Positions 50,900 through 63,561 of a stretch of DNA of 64,000 nt are shown here, in pieces. Below the pieces are notes generated by a model. The model did not search any database. It worked only from the letters and a program-made list of their open reading frames with translations, and had not been told where the DNA came from. Every line of letters begins with the position of its first letter. The first letter of the stretch is position 1. The DNA lies in contig JAAOMT010000200.1 of NCBI GenBank assembly GCA_016748015.1, positions 742,984-806,983 on the forward strand, given 5' to 3'. The translations under genes were made by a program, and so were the position numbers. This DNA comes from Geosiphon pyriformis uo1. Taxonomy: Eukaryota > Fungi > Glomeromycota.

Positions 50900-52094
50900 A
50901 ATATATAATAACTATACCCTCTGATCAATTTGCATTCACTTCCTGAATCAACATGTAACTTGATGAGTGGACTCTCGTTTTGGATTGTTGGGATGGACAT
51001 GTCACTAGCGGCTGGAATAGCATTGATAACTTATTTAAGAGGTAATTTAATAATAAATTTTCAAATGAATATAGAAAGTTTTATAAATAATATTTATTAC
51101 CATCATTATCAACAACCGACCTTAATAAATCCTTTATTTTATTTTATTTTATTTTTATACCGCAAGTTTGTCACCAGATGAACATTAAAACTCGGCAAAT
51201 ACGACTACAAATTAATCGTTACCCAAACTTTGATTTCTTTGGTTTTTACACTGATCGCGATACCAGGTTATGGGCCCATGATTTATTGGTATTCATTTTT
51301 TCGAAAGAAATTATTAAAAAATCAATAATAAAAATATAATAATCAAATATATATATATATATTTTATTACTACAGGTGTTTTACTTCCCTTAACAATAAT
51401 TTGATCCCTTACTTATAGCTTTGTTTACAATTCTTTTCAATTGGCGTCTAGTCATATTGTTAGGTTCAAACTGTCATAAAAATTTATCAAGTTCTTACTA
51501 GTCAACCAACTGCTCACACCGTATCACGTATTGAAGCTGCATCGCAATTTTCGAAAATTGATAACCTTGTGACAAGAAAGATTACGAGCTATATTTTAAT
51601 TTACTTGATCCAGTGGGTGAGTTCATTTTCTTCAATTTACTTGATAAAGTTTTAAGAGAATGTTTTTTTTTTTTTTTTTTAAAAAAAAAGGTCAATATTG
51701 TGATGGTGGTGTTTTCTTGATTAAAATTGAGTTTGTGATCACATAGACACTAGCAATGATTTGTCTTTTTTCAATAATTATTCATGTAAGTATTACAGAT
51801 TCATTAATTTCTAAAGGAAATTTGATTTTCATAATCTTTTAAACTAAACTCTAATAATTTTTAAAATTGTAATTTTCAAGTATTATTCAACTTGGACATA
51901 TTTAACTCTGGAGGGTAGGTCTTTTATTTACTCTTTTGAATTTTTTTCATTTTTTTAAATTTCTTAGAATTGAAAATGCCTTAAAATACATATTAAATGA
52001 AGGATGGGAACGTTCTAATCATTTAAAACAGAAAGAGATGTCACATGCAGCTAAATCAATTTCTACCATGCTATTTGAAACTCAATATGAATAA
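50900..52094 (+). pseudogene. cAMP-receptor/Git3-like GPCR pseudogene (multi-exon)
   Basis: Exons read TCNLMSGLSFWIVGMDMSLAAGIALITYLR|VC..LGKYDYKL (1-nt frameshift ~51190)..GYGPMIYW|CF..(TAG stops)..RKITSYILIYLIQW..NALKYILNEGW...YE*. Confidence 0.7.
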
Positions 52095-52661
52095 AAGTTT
52101 AATTATTTTATGTAATTTTAAAATCAAAAGTGTTCTTTAAAAGATTAAGAAAACTTGATTATAAGCTTTTTTGATCATTTAAGTTAAATGTTGTGAATTG
52201 AAAAACCATTTGCATTTGAAAAAAAAACCCCCAAAAATGATTTTAATATGATAAAGATTTTTAGAATATTATCAAAATAATTATTAAGCAAAATGTTTGA
52301 TGTTTTGATCAAAAATTCTTTTCAAAAATTCTTTTTTTTTTGTTTCAGTCTTAAATTAGAACAATTCATTCAAGTTTACATGATTTGATGATATATTTCA
52401 ATAAATTTAATTATTTGTAAAAAGATATTCTCTCTATTTCTACTAATTATTTTGGTCATAGTGTTATTTATCTCGAAAATTCTTTTAACTAAACTTTAGG
52501 GAATTTAAAGAATATACGAACCCAATATTTTGATATTTTGTGATTTATTTATTTATTTAATTTTTTGGACTGTTTACAAAAAGGAAATTAATAGAAATAT
52601 GACTAAAAGATTGGAACTTTTTTAAAGAGAAGTTATAAATTTTTTTTTAAAATTATTAATC

Positions 52662-53032
52662 GAAAAAGATATTTAAGGATATTTAAAAACTTGAAAAGGA
52701 TATTTTAAATTTGTAAAGAATATTTTAAAACTTGAAAAGGATATTTAAAGATGTTTTAAAAACTTGAAAAGGATATTTAAAGATGGTTTAAAAACTTGAA
52801 AAGAATATTTTAAAACTTGAAAAGGATATTTAAAGATGTTTTAAAAACTTGAAAAGAATATTTAAAACTTGAAAAGGATATTTAAAGATGTTTTAAAAAC
52901 TTGAAAAGAATATTTAAAACTTGAAAAGGATATTTAAGGATATTTTAAATTTGAAAAGAATATTTTAAAACTTGAAAAGGATATTTAAGGGTATTTTAAA
53001 TTTGAAAAGGACTATTTAAAAACTTGAAAAAG
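52662..53032. repeat. Composite minisatellite (20-22-bp AAAACTTGAAAAG(G/A)ATATTT units plus 10-bp sub-units)
   Basis: About 14 near-identical units with no unique spacers. Confidence 0.9.
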
Positions 53033-53306
53033 ACTACCAAAAATTATTTTTACCCATCTATAAAAAAATGGGAAAATTTTATTGGAGACCAATTAATTGA
53101 GTAGGAAATCGATCAATGGTTTAAAGGTAAAGGTTATTTAATTTTTTTATTCAAGATCCGTTAAAAAGATGATAAGTGTTCCAGGATAACAATATTCAAA
53201 AGGCTGCTAAATTCAAACATGTGAGTATAGTTCTCTAAATGGTTCGATATAGACCGATTTGCATGTTTGTTATGTTGTTTTTGTTTTACATTCCAAAGAT
53301 TGGAAC

Positions 53307-53402
53307 ACCAAACCAAACCAAACCAAACCAAACCAAACCAAACCAAACCAAACCACACAACACCACACACCGCACCTCACCTCACCTCACCTCACCTCAC
53401 CT
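53307..53402. repeat. Compound pentanucleotide microsatellite (ACCAA)n grading into (CACCT)n
   Basis: Seen directly; it explains the spurious ORFs at 53161-53504. Confidence 0.95.
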
Positions 53403-54533
53403 TTATTGTTTTGGTGTCGCCCAAAATATTTTTTAACACCTGAACAAAAGGAGAATGGATTAGTCGAATGTACCTTTTCTTTTTTCTTTTTTTTTTTCAT
53501 TTAAAAAGAATAAGAATGATCATGAAATTAATAATTTGTTGATTTTCAGGTGAAATGAGCAAACCATTTTTCCGAAAAAAGTTTTTTTTTTTATAGTTTT
53601 TCATCACTCAGCCCTCCAGATAGCTAATATTTGATCGTTAAAGATCTTTCCACGAAAAAAAAATAAAAAAATAAAAATAAAAAAGTATTTTTGGATTCTT
53701 TTGTTAGGATAAGTCTTCTGATAATAGTTATAATTAATCATGATATTTTGTGATATGAAATATAATATCACGAGACTTGGAAGGGATATAAATAATTAAA
53801 TAATTAAATAAATACATAAATTAAATAATGAGAAATTTCAAAATTTGTTTACAATTAAATTTAAAAAAGAGTAAAATTGATTTGTTAGCATGTAATAGAT
53901 ATTGAAACTACAGGGATAAAAACTATTTTTTTTTTTTTTCAAAATTAATGTATTGAAAGTTTCAAATTTTTATTTTGCTGCAAAGTTTAAAACGTCTTTT
54001 TGTAATTTGCAAGTTTTTAACCCGTTATTTTGTTTATAAAATTAATAAAATTTTTTTTAAAGCCATATTTTTATCACAATTGTCAAATTAGTAGACTAGC
54101 TATTAATAGATGATGTATCATCGTTCACAACAGGTTATATATCGATCGCGACACTAAAATTATTTAACCCCTCACCCAATATAAATATCTCTTGTCACGT
54201 TATTTTTATTACCATTTTTAGGTATGGTTGTTTTATTTTTATGCATGTGTACAGTTGATGCAAAAAGGAGAATGCTTGATATAGGTTTTTCGTCAGTATA
54301 TGTGTGTTTGTGTGTGTCTACTTGTCTACCTAGTATGTAGTGTTTTTGAAAATTTGATTTATCATAGTGAATTAATGTTCAATTTTATATGATTATCATT
54401 CGAAGGTCCCAAAAAAAATTTCTTTCTTTCTTTCTTTCTTTCTTTCTTTTGAGGAAAATAAACGGATTTTGTTTATTTTTAAAATTTGATCCGTTTTTTT
54501 TTTAATTTTTTTAATCGTCTCATCGTCCTAACA

Positions 54534-54565
<32 letters not shown>

Positions 54566-54849
54566 CAAACCTTTAGATAAAAATTTTTTTTTCCTAAAAG
54601 TATATATATATATCAACAACTCGGCCATGTATGAAGGTAGAAATCTTGGCCAATAAATATTTTTTCTTTCAAAGTAATAAACACGATTTATTTTTAAATT
54701 CCAGTTAAAATAATTTTTTTTTATTTAAATAACAATTCTGTTAACCAAATTTTTACAATTATTTTAAAAATTAAAAATTTTCTTTTAAAAGCTTTTAAAA
54801 AAATAATCAGTTATTAGAAAAATCCTTAATAATTTTTTAAAAAAATATC

Positions 54850-55425
54850 ATGTATTTCATACCTTCAAAATCTTTGAACCATTCTCTCGTACGTCGAGAA
54901 ACTCTAAGGAATACAACTGACGGCACTACTTTCATAATTTTGACTGTCGTTATCGGAATGTTTTTATTATTAGCCTTACTAATAATAGTTGTCGTCATTG
55001 TACGAGCACGTAAATTACCCATTCGACCATCTAATTCTCATGCTTCATCAACAACAACCACAAAAACAACAACAACAACAACAACCACACTACAAGCTAA
55101 AGATTCGAACCTACAAAAAATGACTAAAATTGATGATACCATCATGCCACAACAGGAAACAACATTTTCAATTTCTCCTAATCTCGCATCAAATACAATT
55201 AGTTCTGGTGAGACAGATTACAAGGATAATGAGGATCGAAAATTTAGTCAGTATTCCTTGAATTTATCTTTTAAGCCTACAGATGATTCATCAACTATCA
55301 TAAAGAAGGATATTGACGAAAATCAGACCGTTCATGAAACAAAAAATTTCCCCGTAAATGTGAATAATCCTAAAATTTCAGAGACTGAAGTTAATCTGCA
55401 TAATAACGATGAAAGAATCGTTTAA
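54850..55425 (+). CDS. Hypothetical single-pass membrane protein, 191 aa
   Basis: Intact ORF; TM helix FIILTVVIGMFLLLALLIIVVVIV, then RARK, a poly-Thr tract and an acidic low-complexity tail. Confidence 0.7.
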   Translation: MYFIPSKSLNHSLVRRETLRNTTDGTTFIILTVVIGMFLLLALLIIVVVIVRARKLPIRPSNSHASSTTTTKTTTTTTTTLQAKDSNLQKMTKIDDTIMPQQETTFSISPNLASNTISSGETDYKDNEDRKFSQYSLNLSFKPTDDSSTIIKKDIDENQTVHETKNFPVNVNNPKISETEVNLHNNDERIV

Positions 55426-55624
55426 ACACTTGAATCTCTTAGAAAGTTAAAAAAAGAAAAAACATTGGTTAAATGACATCAAGACATTTTGTAAATAGAC
55501 TTTTTTTATTCAAGTTTCATTTGTGATTTTTACTTCTTCTTTTTTAAAAGAAAACTGAACAGTATATGGTTAGCTTAACTTTTTGAAATTGCCAATATCC
55601 TAAAAAGTATTTGATTTAACCTCA

Positions 55625-55662
55625 TTTAAAAGTACCTGATACATGTATCAGGTACTTTTAAA
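55625..55662. repeat. Perfect 38-bp spacerless palindrome
   Basis: TTTAAAAGTACCTGATACA|TGTATCAGGTACTTTTAAA. Confidence 0.95.
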
Positions 55663-55725
55663 ATTTGTGACTCGTAAACAACTTTTTGGGAATATAATAA
55701 TCAGATTTATAATCTCATTTTTAAA

Positions 55726-55760
<35 letters not shown>

Positions 55761-56567
55761 CAAAACTGGTAAAGATTCTAGTTTTTTTAGAAATTTCTAT
55801 TTAGTTTCACATCCAAGGTTCTTCCAAATTAATCTATGAGAAAAATTAACTAACCGAATAAAAATATTTTTGTCAAATTGAAAAAATACTTGTCATTTAT
55901 AAGATGAAAATACATTATAATCAAAAGATAAATTTCAACCAATTGAAAAAGAAATCTTAAATTTAATCATTTTAACAAAATCTTGGCGTTTTTTTTTTTG
56001 AATGAAATAACAATTCTTGAAAATTTTTGAAAGAACAAGTTCTTGTAATTTAGTCAAATGGGAAATGGGAAATGATTATTGATTATTGATTATTGATTGT
56101 TAATTTATTTATTTTTTTACCATATTCGTCAAAAGTTTTTCTCTCTTGAGAAAATTTGTTTCATCTTTAGCTTTTGAGGTAAAAAAAAAATATATATTTT
56201 TTATTTTTTGTATATGTATGTATGTATGTGGAACGATTACTATTTGTTGGAAAAAAGCAATTTTAGAATTTTCTAAAAAAGAGAAAATAATATATATATA
56301 TATATATATTTATAAAAAAAAAGAAAAAGTGTACTGATAAACTTTATTTTTGTAAAAAGTTTTTTTTTTATATCTTTTTAACCCAAGAATATTTGAAGTA
56401 ACTTCAATTATATATAAATAAATAAATAAATAAATAAAATAGAAATTTAAAATGTACATGTACATGTGAATTAAATTATAAAAATAATAATATATAAGAG
56501 GAAATTTTTATTTTTAAAAATTGGAAGTTTAATCCACCCTTAAAAACGGTAAAATCCTTTCCTTGAA

Positions 56568-56637
<70 letters not shown>
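56568..56637. repeat. (AAT)n microsatellite
   Basis: About 23 uninterrupted units. Confidence 0.95.
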
Positions 56638-56958
56638 TAATTTTCAGAATCTCAGTTATCAAAGGAAAACAAATTTTTCATCGTTGGCTTATGTCTTTCA
56701 ACTAATCATCAAGTATTTGGCCGGGTATTTATTTTATCCTTATGCGACACTATCTTATTCTCATTCCAGAAACCAACTTATATAGGTAGAATGTTTTTAT
56801 TGTTTATATGTAATTTTCACAGAAATGTTTCAAAGAAAAATCATCAAAGAAAAATCATCAAAAAACCGCATTAATTTAAAATAAAAAAATTAAATTATCA
56901 TTCTCATATACATATAAAAAGTTAGGATAATAATTACATGCTAATACTAATTCTATTT

Positions 56959-58842
56959 CTAATTTTGTGATAAAGATTTTCCGTTTTTCTGCCGTGCCAG
57001 TTGATAAAGTCTCGCTAATTTACTCGGTCGTGAAAAGGAATTTAACAAGACCCCAGGTTTGGGATTTAAGATAATTTTCATTTCTTTACACTGATTAACA
57101 ATATCAAAAGTCGTATCTAAAGAGGCATGTTCATCCACCAGGGAGACTTCGAATTTGCTTAATAGCAATACCATAAATGTTTTCATTTGTATCATAGCCA
57201 TATATCTGCCAGGACACATATGAATTCCCCGACTAAAAATATAACTTCTCTTCTTGTTGACCTTAACCTCTGTTGATCCTTTAGATTGCACTTGTATTAA
57301 ATGACGCTCTGGTTTAAAAACTTTCGGATTGGGATTGATGGAACTACTCATGTTGACACCTTGATGGTGCAAGTAAAATACTGTACCGGCTTTCCAATTG
57401 TACCCTCCAATTTCATCAGTATCAGCCGCTTGTTTCCAATTGATTGGGAAAACTGATGCGAGTCGAGAAGCTTCCAGAATTATTGCCTCACAATATACAA
57501 GTTGGTCGAGTTTCTCTAATGGAATTGAACTATTTAGCTCTGAACCGATTACATTTGTGATTTCGATGAGAAGTTTTTCAAGAACTTGAGGATTCCTGCA
57601 AACATAATATATTATGAAACAAATAGAATGTGCAGTCTAAATAAAAAAAATAAAAAAATTTAGCCACCAAATTTTGGAAAAATCAAATGTTTATGCATTT
57701 TATAAAAATTATTTACTTTCTGAACACCACCAAGAAGAATTTCAATGATAATTGCTTGAATTTCGTCTTCTGTGAGGGGTCTAGCCAAGCCCTCTTTTGT
57801 AATGGAAACATGACTCCGTTCGGTGTTTATTGTCAATAATGTCGAAAGGAAGTCAGGTCTAATATTTCGATCTTTGGGAATTTTCTCAATTTCTACTTTT
57901 CTTTCATGTAAAACTTCACCGATCATTGCTCTCAGGCGTTTTTGGTGTTCTATGCAATAGTCATTATGTTTTTTGAAGCCGGGAACGTAATGCCGAAGCC
58001 ATTGGGGGAACATTGTTAAGTACTGAAAAACTCTTAAGGTTGTACACAAATGATAAAGAAATTCTTCTGATCGTTTTTCAGATTTTGTCAGTTTTAATTT
58101 AACTTTTTCGTCCTTTCGAAGGAGTTGATTAAAATAAGTATCCAATAAGTTAGTTTTTTGATTCGATGAAGTGATCATTATTAATTCGGTGGTGAATCGT
58201 GGTAGCCACTGAGCGAGATCAATTTGCGTATTTCGACCAAGTTTTAACCAATGACACGTCATATCACCAAAAAGGTTTTGTGTTGTATCATGATATTTTT
58301 CGAGAAACGATTGTGACATAATTGAATTAGTCATGCATTTTCTATAAAAGCGCCAGCTTTCAACGTCACGATTCATTGAAATACCGCTACAATGTTGTTG
58401 AATTTCGTCTAACCCCTCTTTGTACGATCCCTGAAATGAGCATAACGAAATTATAGCAGATTCTTAATGCAAGATGAAAGCTTCGAGTTATCGATACCTT
58501 GTTGAAATAATTTGTTTTTGTAGATGATGCCAGAATCTTTTCAATTATCTCGTTTCGTGCTACCCATATTTGACGTTCTGAACCCATATAAAGTTCCCAC
58601 ATGTCACCATACTTTGCCTCCATTTTTTTCGCAAGTTTCGCTAAATTACCCATTTGATGTAGATTCCCAATTAACGGTAATGGAAGGGGTCCTGGAAGTG
58701 GGTTTTCTCTGGTAAAATAGCAAATATAAAAATAGCTGACATAAGATATGATCGATGTGATCAATATGCATGATATACTAAGCCAATAATTGTTGCTTAT
58801 TATGTTTAATAAAGCCATTAGGCTAGAGAGTGATGAAGACAT
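56959..58842 (-). CDS. Cytochrome P450, 3 exons, ~578 aa, non-canonical I-helix
   Basis: Exons 58842-58498, 58430-57717, 57636-56959; TM anchor, PGPLPLPLIGNL, WxxxR (WRFYR), I-helix LLGGVQK|TAHS, EASR, PERH, FSRGIHMCPG. Confidence 0.93.
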
Positions 58843-59934
58843 TTTCTCGCTTCTTTCAAAAAATAAAAAAAAAAATAAAAAAAAAAATAATAATAATTAT
58901 AATAATTATAATTGCAGAGGATAGTTGTTCCCCTACAGGTGTTTTATACTTCTTATAACCCATGAATTAATGAAGGAATTTAAGCTTAAAAAAGTTAAAT
59001 AGCAATCTTTAATGTCTCTTAATCGTCATCATTCATTCATTGTTGTGTCGGGAATTGATTGACTAAATTATAGTACATGAAGGCTAAGATCATCCTTGTT
59101 GGCCACCCGAGTCGATGAAAAAATTAACTTTCTCACAGTAATGTCGGTAAGTTGCGCTTACAAACATCATCATGCCATGGGATGTTTGCTAACTGTTTGG
59201 GACAGATAAGATTTTCAAACTCTCATTTATAAAGAGGTTAGTGCAATCGTGTTTTCCGTCTTTAAAAAAAGCAAATGAAAGATTTGAAATTATCCCAAGA
59301 ATATAATTTTTTTTTTTTTGAGTTCTAAATATCTTATCATTAATAATCAAAGAACAATAAAGTTGCCAGGGTGAACATATACTTGATTTCTCAAGCTTGG
59401 GCATTCTTAAATGACAGAAAATCTTGGCGTCAGAAACCAGTCATAATTTTAATTGGGAGGATGACTAATGATTAAAATTTTCTTTTAAATGTTATTAAAA
59501 TTTACTCTGAGGATTACCCCAAGTCTGCCAAGAGAAAATTTTAATTTGGCGTATAGAATGGTTTTTTTGCGGAACCAATATTTCCGGCTTCCCATACTAG
59601 ATTTTAAAATGAGGCTTCAAATTTAAACGATTTAATTTGTTATTTATATTTTATAATTAAATGAAAATAGTCTTTGGGTTAAAAAAAGAATATATTAAAT
59701 CTAAGTTGTTGTCTTTAATAAATAATTAATCTTTGAATACAAAGAAGATGAGAAGCAAAAGGGGCCAACATTTAAAAAAAAAACAATTTCCTAATCTTTG
59801 ATAAACTAATTGTACTTAAATCCACACTAAACTCGATTTTCAGCACCCGGAAAAGTGTGTGCCTTAAAGGCTACCTTCATTTTGAAGCCTCTCCAAGTTT
59901 TTTAACAAATCAACTGTAACCTCTCTATTTTCTT

Positions 59935-60288
59935 TCAAAGCAGAAAAACTCGAAAATTTAAGCTTGCCCGGAGATTAGATTTCTCACTTGGTCCAGGTGC
60001 AAAAACGATGATGGAAGCCGTCGATATCCGTGAAGCTTTATTTATATCATTTAATTCAGAAAGTCTCGATGTAAATGTCTCATTGACGTTCCTGATTGCC
60101 TTTTTTCGTTCACAGTGATATCGACACATTCTGTAGGCACGTATTATTCCCACGAATACAATGACAAAGATAATGATAAGGGAGACACTCGGTATTAAGA
60201 CTAGAATTTCATATGTTGTGCTGTGGGTCTCATCTGCTAGCCTACTATGAGAGGTTGGAGACTGAAGTTTGGGTGTCCATTTTTTCAA
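59935..60288 (-). CDS. Hypothetical small single-pass membrane protein, 117 aa
   Basis: Intact ORF with TM ILVLIPSVSLIIIFVIVFVGII followed by basic residues. Confidence 0.5.
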   Translation of the reverse strand: MKKWTPKLQSPTSHSRLADETHSTTYEILVLIPSVSLIIIFVIVFVGIIRAYRMCRYHCERKKAIRNVNETFTSRLSELNDINKASRISTASIIVFAPGPSEKSNLRASLNFRVFLL

Positions 60289-61899
60289 TTTTGGCCAAAA
60301 TCACTTTTTTCCATTTACAATAGGCTATCTTATTTATATCGAAAGATCGCATATAACAAATAGCTTTTGCTCAAACTCTGAAAACACCTACCACGATAAT
60401 CTCAGGCTCTCGCCAAGAAGAGAATACAACAGCCCAAAACTAAATGTTGCTAGACTGAAAGCTTAATTGAAAATCTAAAATCCAAGGAAGGGTAAATCTA
60501 AAATGTTGTTTGAAAGCCAATAGGATTATAAAGTTCTACCATGATTGCACCTTCAGGGAAGAAATTAACTGTTAACGTCAATTATCATGACCAATGGAGC
60601 CAAATTTATTATTAATTTGTAGAAACCTTTTGTTGAATGAAACATCCCAGGAGATGGTTTTCCATCCAATGTGCTCTCCAAAGCTCAATAAAACATCTCA
60701 AAATGAATTCTCATGGAACCGGGGAAATATTGATGTGCCAAAAAATCCTATCAGGTTGGTTTGAGACATGTGGTTAAAAATGAAATTCACATGTTCCCGA
60801 TAATGTTAGTGTGTGTGCATTAGTTAGAAATTGAAAACGACATTTTGAAAATAATCCTTCACTTAAGAGACATGAAGAATATTCAAAATAACCTTGGCCT
60901 CTTGTAACATGTATTGCTTGACTGATATACACATAAAATATGTTACCCAAAGTTAATATCAGATTTATACCACCTAAAGAGTGACCAAATCGTAATTATG
61001 ACAAAAAACTCAAAAACGCTACAATGTAATCCCAGCATGATAAATAATCAAAAGATGAAATTTTCTGATATGCTCCAATTCACAACATTCATTGAAAACT
61101 CTCTTATCAAAATCCAGTTGGAACATTCGGTTTAATACCTCCAGAAATGAGAATAGGAACTGAGAGGTTAATTATTTTATTGAGTTTTATCACATTCCAC
61201 TTTTAAACCTACCAAAAGATTAGGAATCAGAAATATTAATCAAAAATAATTTTATTAAATTGATTAAACTTGTACCAAATCTTATATAAAATTTTCATTA
61301 AATTGTAATAGAATTATATTAATAAAAATATTTACTACCTTGATTGAAAAGTCACTGTAAGACAAATATTAATAAATAATTCTAAAAACCTGGGAGAGTG
61401 ATTGGGATGGATTGTAACATCAATAGTACTAGGAATTGCTACGCAAGACTACTATTTCCTGAATGACCCTCAAGAGAGGATCCGCTGGCGCCATTTTCAT
61501 CTCTATTAATTACGACTCCTTAATTCCGGCAGCTTTACACGTCGGACCCTCCAATGCTATTTATTTTACCACATGATACAAGTCTTGGGGGAATATAAAG
61601 TGAAGTTTGTGGGAATGCCAGTATCAATCGAGGAAGCTGTCCGCTTGGGTTTCGCGGAATTGCCTTTGCATTTGATAGACCCAGGAAAACGTCCATTTAT
61701 TAGTTTGTCGAGAATATGGGGATCCATCGATTCAAGAGCTGTTTCTAAGTGTGATTGTGATACATTTTGACCAATAAAATGTGGTTGATACTTTCTACTT
61801 AGGTTCATTGTTTGTTACGTGCTGCCGTTTTCTTAGTTTTCTTCTTGGGCTTTTTGCTTGTTCTGACGCTTTCTTCCGTATTCAGCTGCTCGCCGTTCT

Positions 61900-62277
61900 T
61901 GCATTATGCAGATGACGATGGTGTTTATTGCAAAAACATCCTGGGAAAGTTTACTTTTCGAAAAGAACTACGAATTTTTCAGAATGGATTGAGAAGATAT
62001 GAGGCGATATAACTGAGAGGTTCGTAGGTTGGAAATCGAGAAAGGAGTCGCTTTCGTCGCTCGAGATCCTCTTTTTGGTTGGGCGCTATATACTGTCCCC
62101 TCAGAAAATTTATGCGTGATGGCTGTAATTTAGGTAGTTTTGGTAAAAAGGGAAGAATTTATATGGGATGTACAGGTTATGTTGCCTCAATTGTATCGAA
62201 AAATTCAGGATTATGAAAATTATGAAAAGTTTATATTTACGGGACATGGTGTTGGAAGAGCATTTATTGTCACCTGA
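61900..62277 (+). pseudogene. Lipase class 3-like relic (N-terminal half)
   Basis: HYA....VYC near 61902 and KFIFTGHGVGRAF at ~62227-62268 (nucleophile elbow GxSxG with S>G); stops and frameshifts between. Confidence 0.55.
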
Positions 62278-62566
62278 TAAGCATTACTAAGTAGATTGAT
62301 TGATAAGCATTACTAAGCAACTAGTTAGTAGTTTTATTCATAGGCGTAATCAAGGACACAATCCTATAGTAGAGTCAAAATTCCCAATCTTAGTAGTGAA
62401 AAATACCTCAATCACTGAAATCGAAATGGTTAAGATTAACGGGGGTACACTGATTTGTAATGATTGCTATCAATCTCAGTTTGATTTTCATGAAAGTATA
62501 AAAGTAACTTAGTTTTCACCATCTGTTTTTGATCAAAGAAATACTTTATTTGCTCCACCTGAATAG

Positions 62567-63561
62567 ATGCTAGTTAATGGTTTTTTGAACAGATTTCAAA
62601 GAATCAAATTTGGATCCCTTTTTACATCTTTGAGCGTTTCCAATATTTCTAATTCTAAAATTAATTCAAATAAAATGGCTATTGAGAAAGCTGCTTTTGC
62701 TGCCGGTTGTTTCTGGTATGTGTTTTTTATTGGGAAAAATCAGAATCTTTTTATTACCGTATTTAGAATTTATTCGATATCGCGGTTGATATTTTATATC
62801 AAAAAGGGGGGTAGAGAAAGTTTTCAGAAGGAACTTTGGAAAGAATAAAGATTTTGACACTCGTGTTGGATATATTGGTGGGAACAAAAGTGACCCATCA
62901 TATCGCGAGGTAAGTCAACACAGATTTAATGTTCTCCGATAAATTGTAACTAAAAAAAATGAAAATGAAGACCAATTTCGAATCTCATCGCAAATAAAAC
63001 AGGTCTGCAATGGCACAACAAACCACGCCGAAGCTGTAGAAATCAACTTCAACCCTGAAAATATATCGTACGCAACACTCGTCGAATTTTTTTACAAAAT
63101 TCATGATCCTACCACTTTAAACAGACAAGGTAATGATAGCGGAACCCAATATCGTTCAGCTATTTTCTATCATTCGCCAGAACAAAAAGAAATTGCCGAA
63201 CGGGTAACAAAGGAGGTTCAAGAGAGGGCAAATAATAATAAGAAATTATATAGTGGTGACAAAATTGTCACCGAGATAACTGAGGCTGGAACTTTTTATA
63301 ATGCTGAGGAATATCATCAGGACTATTTGGTGAGTAATGAAAAAGAATATAATTTTTAAAGACTATTATGCGAACTTTGTGACTGATTCATGACATCTTG
63401 CCTCAATTTTTTATAGACTAAAAATCCACATGGATACGAGGTAATTTTTTTTAGAAAAAATCATTTTTATTGCTAATTTAATTTCATAAATTTAAACATA
63501 ATGATTAATATATCTTTCTCTTTTGTTTTTTTAGTGTCCAACCCATTTTGTTAGATGGTAA
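62567..63561 (+). CDS. msrA: Peptide methionine sulfoxide reductase A, 5 exons
   Basis: Exons 62567-62715, 62807-62909, 63003-63329, 63417-63440, 63535-63561; GCFW|GVE, VGYIGG, YRE|VC.G.T.HAE, HDPTTLNRQGND.GTQYRS, AEEYHQDY, GYE|CPTH. Confidence 0.97.

Noticed and set aside
52662-53032. CRISPR-like array
   Set aside because: No unique spacers, no cas genes, eukaryotic context; it is a minisatellite.
53307-53402. Interstitial telomeric repeat
   Set aside because: Units are CCAAA/CCTCA, not CCCTAA-type.
53161-53504. ORFs with NQTKP / VWFGL repeats
   Set aside because: Translations of the pentanucleotide microsatellite.
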